Shown: piece by piece, positions 10,998 through 20,267 of the stretch
How the letters are laid out: the number at the start of each line of letters is the position of its first letter
Numbering within the stretch: the first letter of the stretch is position 1
Assembly: GCA_016839705.1 (NCBI GenBank)
Contig: JAEOTR010000084.1
Coordinates: 1-64,000, forward strand
Reading direction: 5' to 3'
DNA length: 64,000 nucleotides
Source of the DNA: Promethearchaeota archaeon
Lineage (GTDB): Archaea; Asgardarchaeota; Lokiarchaeia; Sigyniarchaeales; SOKP01
Position numbers and translations under genes: made by a program
The notes under the pieces: generated by a model
What the model was told of the DNA's origin: nothing
Databases searched by the model: none
The model's input: only the letters and a program-made list of their open reading frames with translations

Positions 10998-13280
10998 ATA
11001 GTCAAAGTAAAAAACCCAGAAGAAATTGCTCAACTGGTAACTTCTGGTTCTTATGATAAGAAAAGGATCTTCAGCATCACTGCTCATATTGATCACGGAA
11101 AGACTACCGCAACGGATTACCTATTAAGAAGAGCAGGATTAATGAGACCCGAGGATGCCGGACAGCTCCAAATGACAGATTCAGATTTAGATTAAGATCT
11201 ACTTGATCTACTGAAAGACGAGGAGCAAGCCCGCGGTATTACTATTTTTACAAGTGTAGTGTTACTAGCATTCAATGACTCTAGAAAACCAGATGATCCT
11301 GAACCTTATATTATTCAATTAAATGATACTCCTGGTCATATTAGTTTTACCGGAGAAGTATCGCGAGCTCTTAGAGGTAGCGATGGTGCTATAATTCTGG
11401 TTGATGCGCTTGAAGGTGTTATGACCCAAACAGAGACTAATATTCGTTTATCTGTTGGTGAGGAATACTGTAAACCAGTTTTATTCATTAACAAAGTTGA
11501 CCGATTGATAAGTGAATTGAAGTTAAGTCCTCAAGACACGTTTGCTAGAATAGACAAAATCACACGCGAAGTTAATGAACTTATAAGAAAAATTCGACCC
11601 GAAGGTTCTGATTGGAGTATTGACTTCGCTAAAAATTCTGTTGCAGTTGGTTCAGCAAAACATGGTTGGGGTTTTACTTATGAAATCTTACTCGAAAAGG
11701 GACTAAAACCACAAGATGTTTTCGCAAAATATAACGAAGGAGATATCCAATGGTTAAGGGATAATCTACCATTAGACGAACCCATGTTAAGAATGATTGT
11801 TGATCATCTTCCTGATCCTATTACCGCTGCTAAATACAGGATCCCTCATATATGGGGAGGTGACCTAAGTTCAGAACTTGGACAATCTCTCGTGAAGAGT
11901 GACCCAAATGGTCCACTTTATGGGATGATTACAAAAATTTTTCTCGATCCTAAAAGGAATTATCAAGCTACACTTATCGGTCGTGTTTTTTCAGGCACAT
12001 TTGACCAAACTGACTCAATATACTTAATTAATAGTGATTCAAGCAATCGGGTAAAGAGGTTAGGTGTTATGGAAATAACAGATCTTTTAGATATTTCTAG
12101 GATCCCTGCTGGAAACCTGTTTGCATTGTTTGGTTTTGTATGCCCTGCAGGTGAAACATTTATGTTAACAAATGATGTACCAAAGGATAAAGAAGAAAGA
12201 AAATTGTTGCATCCCTTTGAAAAAATTCAATACGCATGCGAAGCGGTTGTATCAAGAAGCATTAAACCAAAAGATCCACATGAAATTGATAAATTAGACG
12301 AAGTAGTTGGAAAATGGCTTAAAGCGAATCCCGAGGCAGAATACCGAAGAGATGAAGAATCTGGTGAATTTGTACTCTCTGGAATAGACCCTCTCCAAAT
12401 TGAAATCTTAACTAAGAGAATTAATAACCAAGTAGAAATAAGCATTGGAGAACCAATTATTATTTACAGAGAAAAAATTACGAAAAGGAGTCCTGAATTT
12501 CATACAAAATCAGCAAATACACACAATCGTATTTTGTTATACATCGAACCTTTAGATGAAACTACAGAAAAATTAATCGAAACTGGTAAAATAAATGATT
12601 TGCAAAGTGAAAAAGATAGAGCTCAAATACTTAGGGAAGATGCAGGATGGGATGCAAAAGAAGCAAGACGAATTGTTGACGTGTATCAAGGAAGTCTACT
12701 TGTGAATGGTACTTCAGGATTACAGAGATTTGATCGTGTAAAATCCTATTTGAGTGCTGCTTTTAGGGATTGGATTGGTAATTGTATAATTGCGAAAGAA
12801 CCTGCGACGGGTATTAAAGCCGTCTTTTTGGACATGACTATACATGAAGACCCCCGTCATACGCAATATGGACAGATTGCAGGTATGCTGTTCTCAGGTT
12901 TAGCACTTGCCATGTTGGATGCAGGTCCTCATCTGTTTGAGCCTGTACAGAGAATCGATATAAAAACGCCCCAAGGTACGGAAGGAGGTGTAACTGCAAT
13001 AATCTCTAAGCGTCGAGGAAGAATAACTAACGTTATTCCTGAAGGTGAATACGTTAGAATCAAAGGTCAGATTCCTACTGCCGAACAAATCGGCATTGCG
13101 GATGATATCCGAGGCTCAACTCAAGGAAGGGCATTTTTTGGCTACGAGTTTAAGGGATTTGAAAAAGTACCTGCTTCTTCAGAAGAAGATCTAATTTTAG
13201 AGATTCGCAAACGTAAAGGAATGGCACTAGAAATGCCAAATAGAAAGAGTTGGGAGCGTTTTATTTATAAACGGACCTAA
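10998..13280 (+). CDS. elongation factor 2 family protein, probably Asgard paralog aEF-2p; join(10998..11186,11217..13280), about 750 aa
   Basis: Upstream of the tracked ORF the same frame encodes G1 AHIDHGKTT and QMTDSD. After a 30-nt insert it continues DEEQARGITI, DTPGH, NKVD and domains II-V. Diphthamide loop is divergent (HEDPRHTQYGQI). Putative ATA start. Confidence 0.92.
11187..11216 (+). other. putative BHB-type 30-nt mRNA intron in EF-2 paralog
   Basis: Central helix TCAG(11181-84)/CTGA(11211-14); 3-nt bulges ATT(11185-87) and AAG(11215-17); 9-bp stem TAGATTAAG/CTTGATCTA with a 5-nt loop. Contains an in-frame TAA; removal gives MTDSDDEEQARGITI. Confidence 0.85.
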
Positions 13281-13335
13281 TTTTTTTTAATTATCTTTAT
13301 TTGAAAATAGCAAAATAAAATATATTATATGATTA

Positions 13336-13934
13336 TTAAGAGAAACTGCTTATCTTAGCGATCATATATAATTTTTTCACTAGAGCTTGAAACGCATCGG
13401 TTACCCTTTGTCCTGTTAAAGCACTTGTTTTGTAATACCCTACAAATCTATTCTCTTTAGCAAATCGCTCTATATTACTATCTGATGTTGGTATATTTGG
13501 ATTCGAACCTAATTCCCCTTCATCAACCAAATCCACTTTATTTCCAAATAATACAATTGGTATATTCCCACAATGTGTTTTTAAGTCATTAAGCCATCTA
13601 GGAACATGTTCATAAGTCTGAGGTTGGTCATGAGAGTGAGAAAAAACAATTATAGCTCCACTACTCCCCGTATAGAATCTTTGGCGGAGTGCTTGAAAAG
13701 AATCTTGACCTGCTATATCCCAAAGATACAATTCAACTTTCTCACCATCAATAACCTCTTCATATTTAGAAAATTGCGTTCCAAGAGTTGAGATATACTC
13801 TTTCTGAAAAGCACCTTGAGTATATTTTTTGATTAATGATGTCTTTCCAACGGCTCCATCTCCAATAATTCCACTCTAAAGAATTTATTCAATAGATCTG
13901 TGATTTTGAAGCCGTAGCCTTTTTCAGTACTCAC
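13336..13934 (-). CDS. Rab/Ras-like small GTPase; complement(join(13336..13868,13898..13934)), 189 aa
   Basis: Spliced sequence MSTEKGYGFKITVIGDGAVGKTSLIKKY...YISTLG...WDIAGQ...GNKVD...KTSALTG is colinear with the neighbour paralog 14093-14647. The ORF track shows only the C-terminal part. Confidence 0.9.
13869..13897 (-). other. putative BHB-type 29-nt mRNA intron in Rab-like GTPase
   Basis: Minus strand aaaa-TCAC-aga-TCTA tt GAAT aa ATTC tt TAGA-GTGG-aat-tatt: 4-bp helix TCAC/GTGG (one G.U), 3-nt bulges AGA and AAT. Cutting after the second bulge base restores the frame and KITVIGDG. Confidence 0.85.
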
Positions 13935-14092
13935 TTTTTCCAACCACCGTTTTTTTAAATTTCTCTTTCTTTGATTAGTAAAAGTTAGATGTTTTAAATT
14001 TTTACAAAAGATTATCCTTCTAAAATCGAAATAAAAGACAATATTATCCGTATATGTTAAAAAAACTACTAATGTGGAATATAAAAAGTAAT

Positions 14093-14647
14093 TTAAATTG
14101 TAGCTCGTTGGTATAATCTAAATACTAAGGTTTGAAAAGCTTCTTTTACACCCTGACCTGTTAAAGCGCTTGTTTTATAATATTTAATAATCTTATGATC
14201 TTGGGCAAATTTCTTTACATGAACATCTGAAGTTGCATAATTTGGGCTTGTAGCTACTGCATTTTGATCGACTAAATCCGCTTTATTTCCAAATAAAATA
14301 ATAGGGATATTCCCACATGCTTCTCTAATATTTGACAACCATTTATCAATGTGTTGATACGTTTCAAGTTGTTCAGGAGCAAGAGAAAATACAATAATAG
14401 CACCGCTACTTCCTTTATAAAATCTGTCACGTAGAGTGCTAAATGACTCTTGACCCGCTAAATCCCATAAAAACAAATCAACCAATTCTCCATTCAGAAT
14501 TTCTTCATATTTCGAAAATTGCATACCTAACGTAGAAATATAATCTTTTTCAAATGTATTTGATGTATATCTTTTAATAAGTGAAGTTTTACCTACTGCT
14601 GCATCACCCACTACCGTTATTTTAAATCCAAAAGCCTTTTCACTCAT
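14093..14647 (-). CDS. Rab/Ras-like small GTPase (intron-less tandem paralog)
   Basis: GDAAVGKTS, YISTLG, WDLAGQE, GNKAD, KTSAL. Confidence 0.95.
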   Translation of the reverse strand: MSEKAFGFKITVVGDAAVGKTSLIKRYTSNTFEKDYISTLGMQFSKYEEILNGELVDLFLWDLAGQESFSTLRDRFYKGSSGAIIVFSLAPEQLETYQHIDKWLSNIREACGNIPIILFGNKADLVDQNAVATSPNYATSDVHVKKFAQDHKIIKYYKTSALTGQGVKEAFQTLVFRLYQRATI

Positions 14648-14809
14648 CTTTAAGGTTAAATATATTTTTTATCGTTTTTTCTAATAGTATAAATAAGAAT
14701 TTTTAAGCCTTACTAAGTTTATCAAGTATTTAAAAATCATTACTAATTATTCATTACCCACCGAAGCTTCTTATGAATGACAGATTGAATTTTTAAAAAA
14801 AATTCAATT

Positions 14810-15523
14810 TTAAAAACCAAATAGCTGTATCAATTCATTAGTGTCATTTACTAATATATCTGGTTTGTATTTTATCAAAATTTCTTTTTGGGCGAGACCT
14901 GAGGCAACACAAACCATTTTTACATTAGCAGCTCTTCCAGCATCTATATCCGTGGTCATATCTCCAATGAAAATTGCTTCTGATGTCTTTACACCCCACT
15001 TATCAAGAATTTTTAGGATGCCTTCAGGATTTGGTTTAGTTTCTGAAACATCGTTAAAACCAATAATTGTGTTAAAATATTTGGTGAGATTGAATTTTTC
15101 TAAAACATCTTCGGCATAAGTGCTTTTATTATTAGTAAGAATTGCTAAATTCAATCTCTTATTGTATAATTTTGAAATTAATTTATCAATACCCTCAAAA
15201 ATTGTCGATTCTTGATCTTTATATTTATTAAATTGATTAAATATGAATATAGCGATACGGATTTTTTTAAAGAAACTTAAGCCCTCTAAAAATTTCACTT
15301 TAAGTAACTCATAGGAATTAAGCAGTATTTTAGGCACAGGATAATTTTGAATTTCCTCAATTAAGTGAGCAATTTCTTCCATCACTTCATCACGATTAAT
15401 TGATAATTGATATTTTTCTATCCCATCGTCAACTGCCTTTTTAATTGATTCAGTAATGTCGTAAATAACTCCATCAAGATCGAAGATTATCCCTTTATAT
15501 TTTTCTAAATTAATTTTTTCCAT
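14810..15523 (-). CDS. HAD-superfamily phosphatase (Gph/PpaX-like)
   Basis: FDLDGV, LTN, KPNPEG, IGDMTTDI. Confidence 0.9.
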   Translation of the reverse strand: MEKINLEKYKGIIFDLDGVIYDITESIKKAVDDGIEKYQLSINRDEVMEEIAHLIEEIQNYPVPKILLNSYELLKVKFLEGLSFFKKIRIAIFIFNQFNKYKDQESTIFEGIDKLISKLYNKRLNLAILTNNKSTYAEDVLEKFNLTKYFNTIIGFNDVSETKPNPEGILKILDKWGVKTSEAIFIGDMTTDIDAGRAANVKMVCVASGLAQKEILIKYKPDILVNDTNELIQLFGF

Positions 15524-15645
15524 ACTAGAGTGATTAAATATTGAGACTAATTTTAATTATACGATTCCTCAATATTTATAGGACTAAAGCACTATTATAA
15601 TTATTATACTAAAAACTGTTTAATATTGTCTAAACTAAATAAGCT

Positions 15646-16530
15646 ATGAGCGAAAATCAAAAAGATTACAGTGAAAATGAGGTTATAAAAGAAGAAGAAG
15701 TAGAAGATGATGATTTAAAAACTTATTTAGAAGAAATAAAGACCCTCGAGGCGGATTTTTCCGATTTAGAGGATTTAGACATGGAAGAACTTCAAGAAAT
15801 CCAAGAAGCTATTACCCAAGTTAAAGAAAGCGAAGAATTACCTGAAGCTGAAATAACTGGTGAATCGGAACCTGAGGAAGAAACAAAGGGTGAGCTAAGA
15901 CAAGAAAAAGAGCTTAGGGAAGCAATGATTACAGATTTTTCTGATATGGATGAAATTGATTTTGACGAATTAAGAGATATGCAAGATGCAATCTCTTCTG
16001 TTAAACAAGAAGAATTGCAGGGAATGCCAGATGGAGAAAGTGAAATCCAGCCAACTCAGGCAGTTGCTAAAGAATTAGAGGATAGAATAAAACAAGAGTT
16101 ATTAAAACGAAAAGAAGTTGAAGAAGAAGTCATCACTCCAGAGAAATTTTTAGAGTATATTAAAAATAAACGCGATAAAATTTGGTATCATGCTCTTTAT
16201 TACTTATTATTCCATGTTGAAGATCATATTGCCTCAAAAATTCTACTATATGATGTGTTAAAAGAAGTAACAAGCAAATCTCCAATAGATCCGATCCCAG
16301 AACATCAGTTTTATTTCGGGTTAGGATATATATTAAGATTGAATTTGAATAATAAACAGATCGTACGATTTCTAAAAGATGGAAAGTTTAAAATTAATGT
16401 TAATATTGATAATTTAAAAGAGCTTTTAGAGGTTGCTGGTGAACCTATAAGCACACGTCCAGTTATAAAAGAGGAAGAAAAAAAAAAGATGTATAGGGAT
16501 TTTCTTGATGAAGATTTTTTTGATATCTGA
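15646..16530 (+). CDS. hypothetical protein with acidic duplicated N-terminal motif
   Basis: 294-aa ORF; repeat DFSDLEDLDMEELQEIQEAITQVK / DFSDMDEIDFDELRDMQDAISSVK; globular C-terminal part. Confidence 0.8.
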   Translation: MSENQKDYSENEVIKEEEVEDDDLKTYLEEIKTLEADFSDLEDLDMEELQEIQEAITQVKESEELPEAEITGESEPEEETKGELRQEKELREAMITDFSDMDEIDFDELRDMQDAISSVKQEELQGMPDGESEIQPTQAVAKELEDRIKQELLKRKEVEEEVITPEKFLEYIKNKRDKIWYHALYYLLFHVEDHIASKILLYDVLKEVTSKSPIDPIPEHQFYFGLGYILRLNLNNKQIVRFLKDGKFKINVNIDNLKELLEVAGEPISTRPVIKEEEKKKMYRDFLDEDFFDI

Positions 16531-16561
16531 ATTAATAGGATTCTTAGTAATTTGAAGCAAA

Positions 16562-17188
16562 ATGAGTGATAAACCTTCTCTATTGATTATCGGGAATTCT
16601 AATGTGGGGAAAAGTTCAATCACTAGATTATTATTACCAAATCCTAGGCAGTTTAAGGGTAAAATTGGTAAGTCTCCCGGTAGTACTTTATTGTTAAAGC
16701 CAATTGAGCAACATAACTTACCTTATAGAATAATAGATCTACCTGGGTTTGGTTATACTAGCCATTCTAGTCGACGAAGGGGAGAACATATCAAGAAACA
16801 AATTGTTCGTCATATCGAAAAACATAGTAGGGATTATTTTTTTGGCCTAGTAGTAATTAATATCTTAAGAATTGAAGATGAGCTTAATAAGTATTTTATA
16901 AAGGAAAAAAAAACTATCCCTTTAAGTTTTGAATTAATTCAATTTTTAAGCGAGTTTAAAATCCCTCTCTTGATAGTTTTAAATAAGATTGATAAACTTA
17001 CCATATTTGATAAGGATAGAATTATCCAAATATTTATTAATCATGCTAAGGAGTTCGGACTTAATTTGGTTCAATTAAATAAATGCAGTTATAAAGACCA
17101 ATTCGAGATCCCTTTCTTAGAGTTTTCGGCATTAAAAAAAAGTAATTTAAAAGAGTTAAAACAGGCTATTCAAAATCATCTAAAATAA
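16562..17188 (+). CDS. engB: EngB/YihA-family GTP-binding protein
   Basis: GNSNVGKSS, GKSPGST, DLPGFG, NKID, FSA. Confidence 0.85.
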   Translation: MSDKPSLLIIGNSNVGKSSITRLLLPNPRQFKGKIGKSPGSTLLLKPIEQHNLPYRIIDLPGFGYTSHSSRRRGEHIKKQIVRHIEKHSRDYFFGLVVINILRIEDELNKYFIKEKKTIPLSFELIQFLSEFKIPLLIVLNKIDKLTIFDKDRIIQIFINHAKEFGLNLVQLNKCSYKDQFEIPFLEFSALKKSNLKELKQAIQNHLK

Positions 17189-17197
17189 AGCTTCGAT

Positions 17198-17806
17198 TTA
17201 TTTAATTCCTAAATGATTAGAAATAAAGTTTTTTAGTTCAGTATATTCTGTGTTCACTTGAAATTGTGGAAATTCTTGCTTTACCTTTTCAGACGGTCTA
17301 AATAAGATACCATAATCAGCATTCTCTAACATCCCAATATCGTTATAAGAATCACCAATCGCAATAATAGTGTAATTTAAATCTTTAAAAGCTCTCACAG
17401 TTTCCTTTTTCATATCTCTCAGACGCAATTTATAATTAATTATAAACCCATTTTTGTCAACTTCAAGATTATGACAAAAGATCATTGGATATTTTAGTTT
17501 TTTTGCGAAAGGTTTAATAAACTCAACAAAACTATCAGTGACAATTATTAATTGAGCATTCAACTGAAGCCAATCAATAAATTCTATCGCTCCAGGCAAA
17601 AGATCCATTTTCTCAATAATACTTTGAATATCATTTAATGAAATATCATTATCTCTAAGAATTTTCAATCTTTGATTCATAAGCATATCATAATCAGGAA
17701 TATCTCTTGTGGTTAAGCTGAGTTTTTCAATTCCTGTCTTATAAGCCACAGCTTCCCATATTTCTGGAGTAAATATTCCTTCTAAATCTAAACAGATAAT
17801 ATACAT
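17198..17806 (-). CDS. thrH: phosphoserine phosphatase/homoserine phosphotransferase (ThrH-like HAD)
   Basis: CLDLEGIFTPEIW, TTRDIPDYDMLM, GDSYND. Confidence 0.9.
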   Translation of the reverse strand: MYIICLDLEGIFTPEIWEAVAYKTGIEKLSLTTRDIPDYDMLMNQRLKILRDNDISLNDIQSIIEKMDLLPGAIEFIDWLQLNAQLIIVTDSFVEFIKPFAKKLKYPMIFCHNLEVDKNGFIINYKLRLRDMKKETVRAFKDLNYTIIAIGDSYNDIGMLENADYGILFRPSEKVKQEFPQFQVNTEYTELKNFISNHLGIK

Positions 17807-17898
17807 TACATTTGGGAAAATAATGGGATCAATTTGAATCTTACGATTTCATTAGAGCTCTTCACATAAAAAGGAGGTGTAGCTTTTGCAGATATTAT

Positions 17899-19191
17899 TT
17901 ACAAGTTAGTTATTTTAGGGTCTTTATCTTTATCCCAATTTACTGCAAATAAAAAATCTCTACTAGCTTGGTTTTTATAAATCAGGGGGAAACCACTCAT
18001 TTCTTGAAATTTAAAAGCGAGATTTTCTAAGTATTTATATTCTGGAAAATAATACTGTAATGGTTTATCGCTCCTTAACCGTTCTTTTATTGATAAAGCT
18101 TTAGCTTGTAATGTAAAACCCTTTATTTCAAAAAAATTTGGGTTTGTTTTCTTAATAATATTTATATAATCCTTTAAGTATAGTTCATCAGTATTTAAGT
18201 TTTTAATCGCGATAAGTCTCACTACAGTTCTACAAGATAATGTATTTACAGATTCTAAGCTTTTATTAATTTTATCCCATCCATTTTTAATCATTGGACG
18301 ACAAACTTGTTTATAAATTCGCTCATTCGGAGCAGGTAAAGTAATATATAATTGACTCGGTAAAGAATCAAGCCCCATAATTCTTTCAGGGAGTGTTCCA
18401 TTTGTCACAATAAAGGTCGACATTGACCGATTTTTAAACTCTTGAATAAATTCTGACATTTTTGGGTATAACAATGGTTCTCCATCGAGGGAAATTGCAG
18501 CGTGATTAGGAGTCATAGCTTCATTATGAGTTTGCATAATTTCATCTGGAGACGTTAGCGCTCGATTAATTAAAACCTCTATTTCTTCTCTGGAGTTAAT
18601 GCAGCATCGAATATCATCATCCAGTTCAAATCCTGAAGGTGAATTATTATTAAGTGTAATGAAATGTTGATTTTTTAGTAGATTTATAGCTCTCTCAATT
18701 TTATTTTTTGAAACATGAATTCCATTCATTAATGAATTTAAACTGTGAGAATCATCTTTATTTAACAACATATAGTATAGGAGATCTTTCATTATTTCAT
18801 AATTGTCAAGATATCTTCTTAATGGTAAATGGTTCGTAATAATATCTTGTTGATGGCGCAGCATTTCTTGTACTATTTCTTTAGGTTCATCTGGTTTCAC
18901 AATAAACTCGCTCCCAAGAGATCCTATTTCAATATCTCGCCAACAAAAGACACATTGGTGATTACAAAATGGTAATGAAGGAGTGTTTTGTAAACATTTA
19001 TGGCTTTTTACTCCAAAAACTCCCTTATAACAATTACGGTTATCTCTTCCCGTCATTAATCTCTGTTCTAACCAATGACACGGTTTAATGGAGCTATGCT
19101 TATTTTCACCAATAACTCTGTATGTTGTTTTTGTATAGGTCTCGACAAATTTCGTTGTAATTTTGTTGTCAAGAATAAATTCATTTTTCAT
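17899..19191 (-). CDS. taw1: 4-demethylwyosine synthase Taw1/TYW1 (radical SAM) with about 90-aa insertion
   Basis: CHW, CYK, SHKCLQNTP, CNHQCVFCWR, HAAISLDGEP, FIVTNG. Confidence 0.9.
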   Translation of the reverse strand: MKNEFILDNKITTKFVETYTKTTYRVIGENKHSSIKPCHWLEQRLMTGRDNRNCYKGVFGVKSHKCLQNTPSLPFCNHQCVFCWRDIEIGSLGSEFIVKPDEPKEIVQEMLRHQQDIITNHLPLRRYLDNYEIMKDLLYYMLLNKDDSHSLNSLMNGIHVSKNKIERAINLLKNQHFITLNNNSPSGFELDDDIRCCINSREEIEVLINRALTSPDEIMQTHNEAMTPNHAAISLDGEPLLYPKMSEFIQEFKNRSMSTFIVTNGTLPERIMGLDSLPSQLYITLPAPNERIYKQVCRPMIKNGWDKINKSLESVNTLSCRTVVRLIAIKNLNTDELYLKDYINIIKKTNPNFFEIKGFTLQAKALSIKERLRSDKPLQYYFPEYKYLENLAFKFQEMSGFPLIYKNQASRDFLFAVNWDKDKDPKITNL

Positions 19192-19364
19192 TAGAAGAAC
19201 ACGTCAAACTCGAAATACTCAATAATATAAATAATTTTATTTTATTAAGATATTAAATTATATTCTTTAAAATTATAAGTACATTAGTAATTAGTAAAGA
19301 ACTTTTAAATTATAATTAAAAAAGAATAATAGATTAAGTAGAATAATTACTATTACGGTTTAAG

Positions 19365-20246
19365 ATGTTAAACAAAATCAAAAGTGAATTGCTGAATTTA
19401 GGTTTGAAATTTATTTCGGTTGATGAGAAAATAGTTAGAATGATATTAGAAACAAATCCTTCAAATATTAACGAAATCGTAATATTGCCAGCAGTAAAAC
19501 TTGTTATGAAAAAAATACTCAAAAAATTGGAAAATAAAAGAATATATGGAAGAGTATATAATGGAGAATTGAATAATGTTAAGGTCAGTGTCATCCGCTC
19601 ATTAATAGGAGCCCCAAATTGTGCGATCGCCGTAGAATGTTTAAAACGGTGTAAAACAAAGATTATAATCCGTCTAGATGTTTGTGGGGGAATAGAAAAT
19701 GTTGAGTCTAAAATTAATATAGGAGATATTTTAATTCCGCAATCAGTTTATTGTGATGATGGAACAAGCCCCCAATACATAAGAGAACATCCCTCTTTGG
19801 CAAACGATTTAGAGTGTATTACAAATCCCCTATCAAAATTTCAAAACCTTTTAACAGGAAACCAAACAATCTTTATTTCACAACCGAATAAACATTTGAA
19901 GGACTTATTGCTGGAAGTAGGAAATTCACTTTTTCCCAATAAGGTAAAACAAGTAAAATTATGGGGTACAGATGGAATGTTTTGTGAATCGTTAGATTTT
20001 ATTAGAGCATTACAATCAATCAATATACAAGCTATTGATATGGAATCCTCAATATTGTTTCTTTTAGGTAAATTATATAACTTAAAAACTGCATCGATTC
20101 TTTCTGTAACTGATTTACCCGGGGACTCAAAATATGATTTACTTGCATCCAAAGAGATACATCCAGATATGGAAAATGGGATTGATTATGCAATACGGAT
20201 TTTAATAAAGGCGCTGCCCAAATTTAAGTCGAGTTTATTGAATTAA
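19365..20246 (+). CDS. nucleoside phosphorylase family protein (PNP/UDP_1)
   Basis: IGAPNCAIAVE, IIRLDVCGG, IGDILIP, AIDMES. Confidence 0.8.
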   Translation: MLNKIKSELLNLGLKFISVDEKIVRMILETNPSNINEIVILPAVKLVMKKILKKLENKRIYGRVYNGELNNVKVSVIRSLIGAPNCAIAVECLKRCKTKIIIRLDVCGGIENVESKINIGDILIPQSVYCDDGTSPQYIREHPSLANDLECITNPLSKFQNLLTGNQTIFISQPNKHLKDLLLEVGNSLFPNKVKQVKLWGTDGMFCESLDFIRALQSINIQAIDMESSILFLLGKLYNLKTASILSVTDLPGDSKYDLLASKEIHPDMENGIDYAIRILIKALPKFKSSLLN

Positions 20247-20267
20247 TAAAAAATGAAAAACTAGAAT

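Noticed and set aside
11193-11195. Stop-codon readthrough or recoding (Sec/Pyl) in the EF-2 paralog
   Set aside because: The stop is TAA, not TGA or TAG. Readthrough would still leave 10 extra residues in the conserved switch I, whereas BHB excision removes them exactly.
13869-13897. Programmed ribosomal frameshift or simple indel error in the Rab-like gene
   Set aside because: No slippery heptamer is present. Comparison with the paralog shows a discrete 29-nt self-complementary insert rather than a 1-nt indel.
18556-18828. Intein in Taw1
   Set aside because: No Cys/Ser start or His-Asn end motif and no LAGLIDADG pattern; it looks like a wHTH insert.
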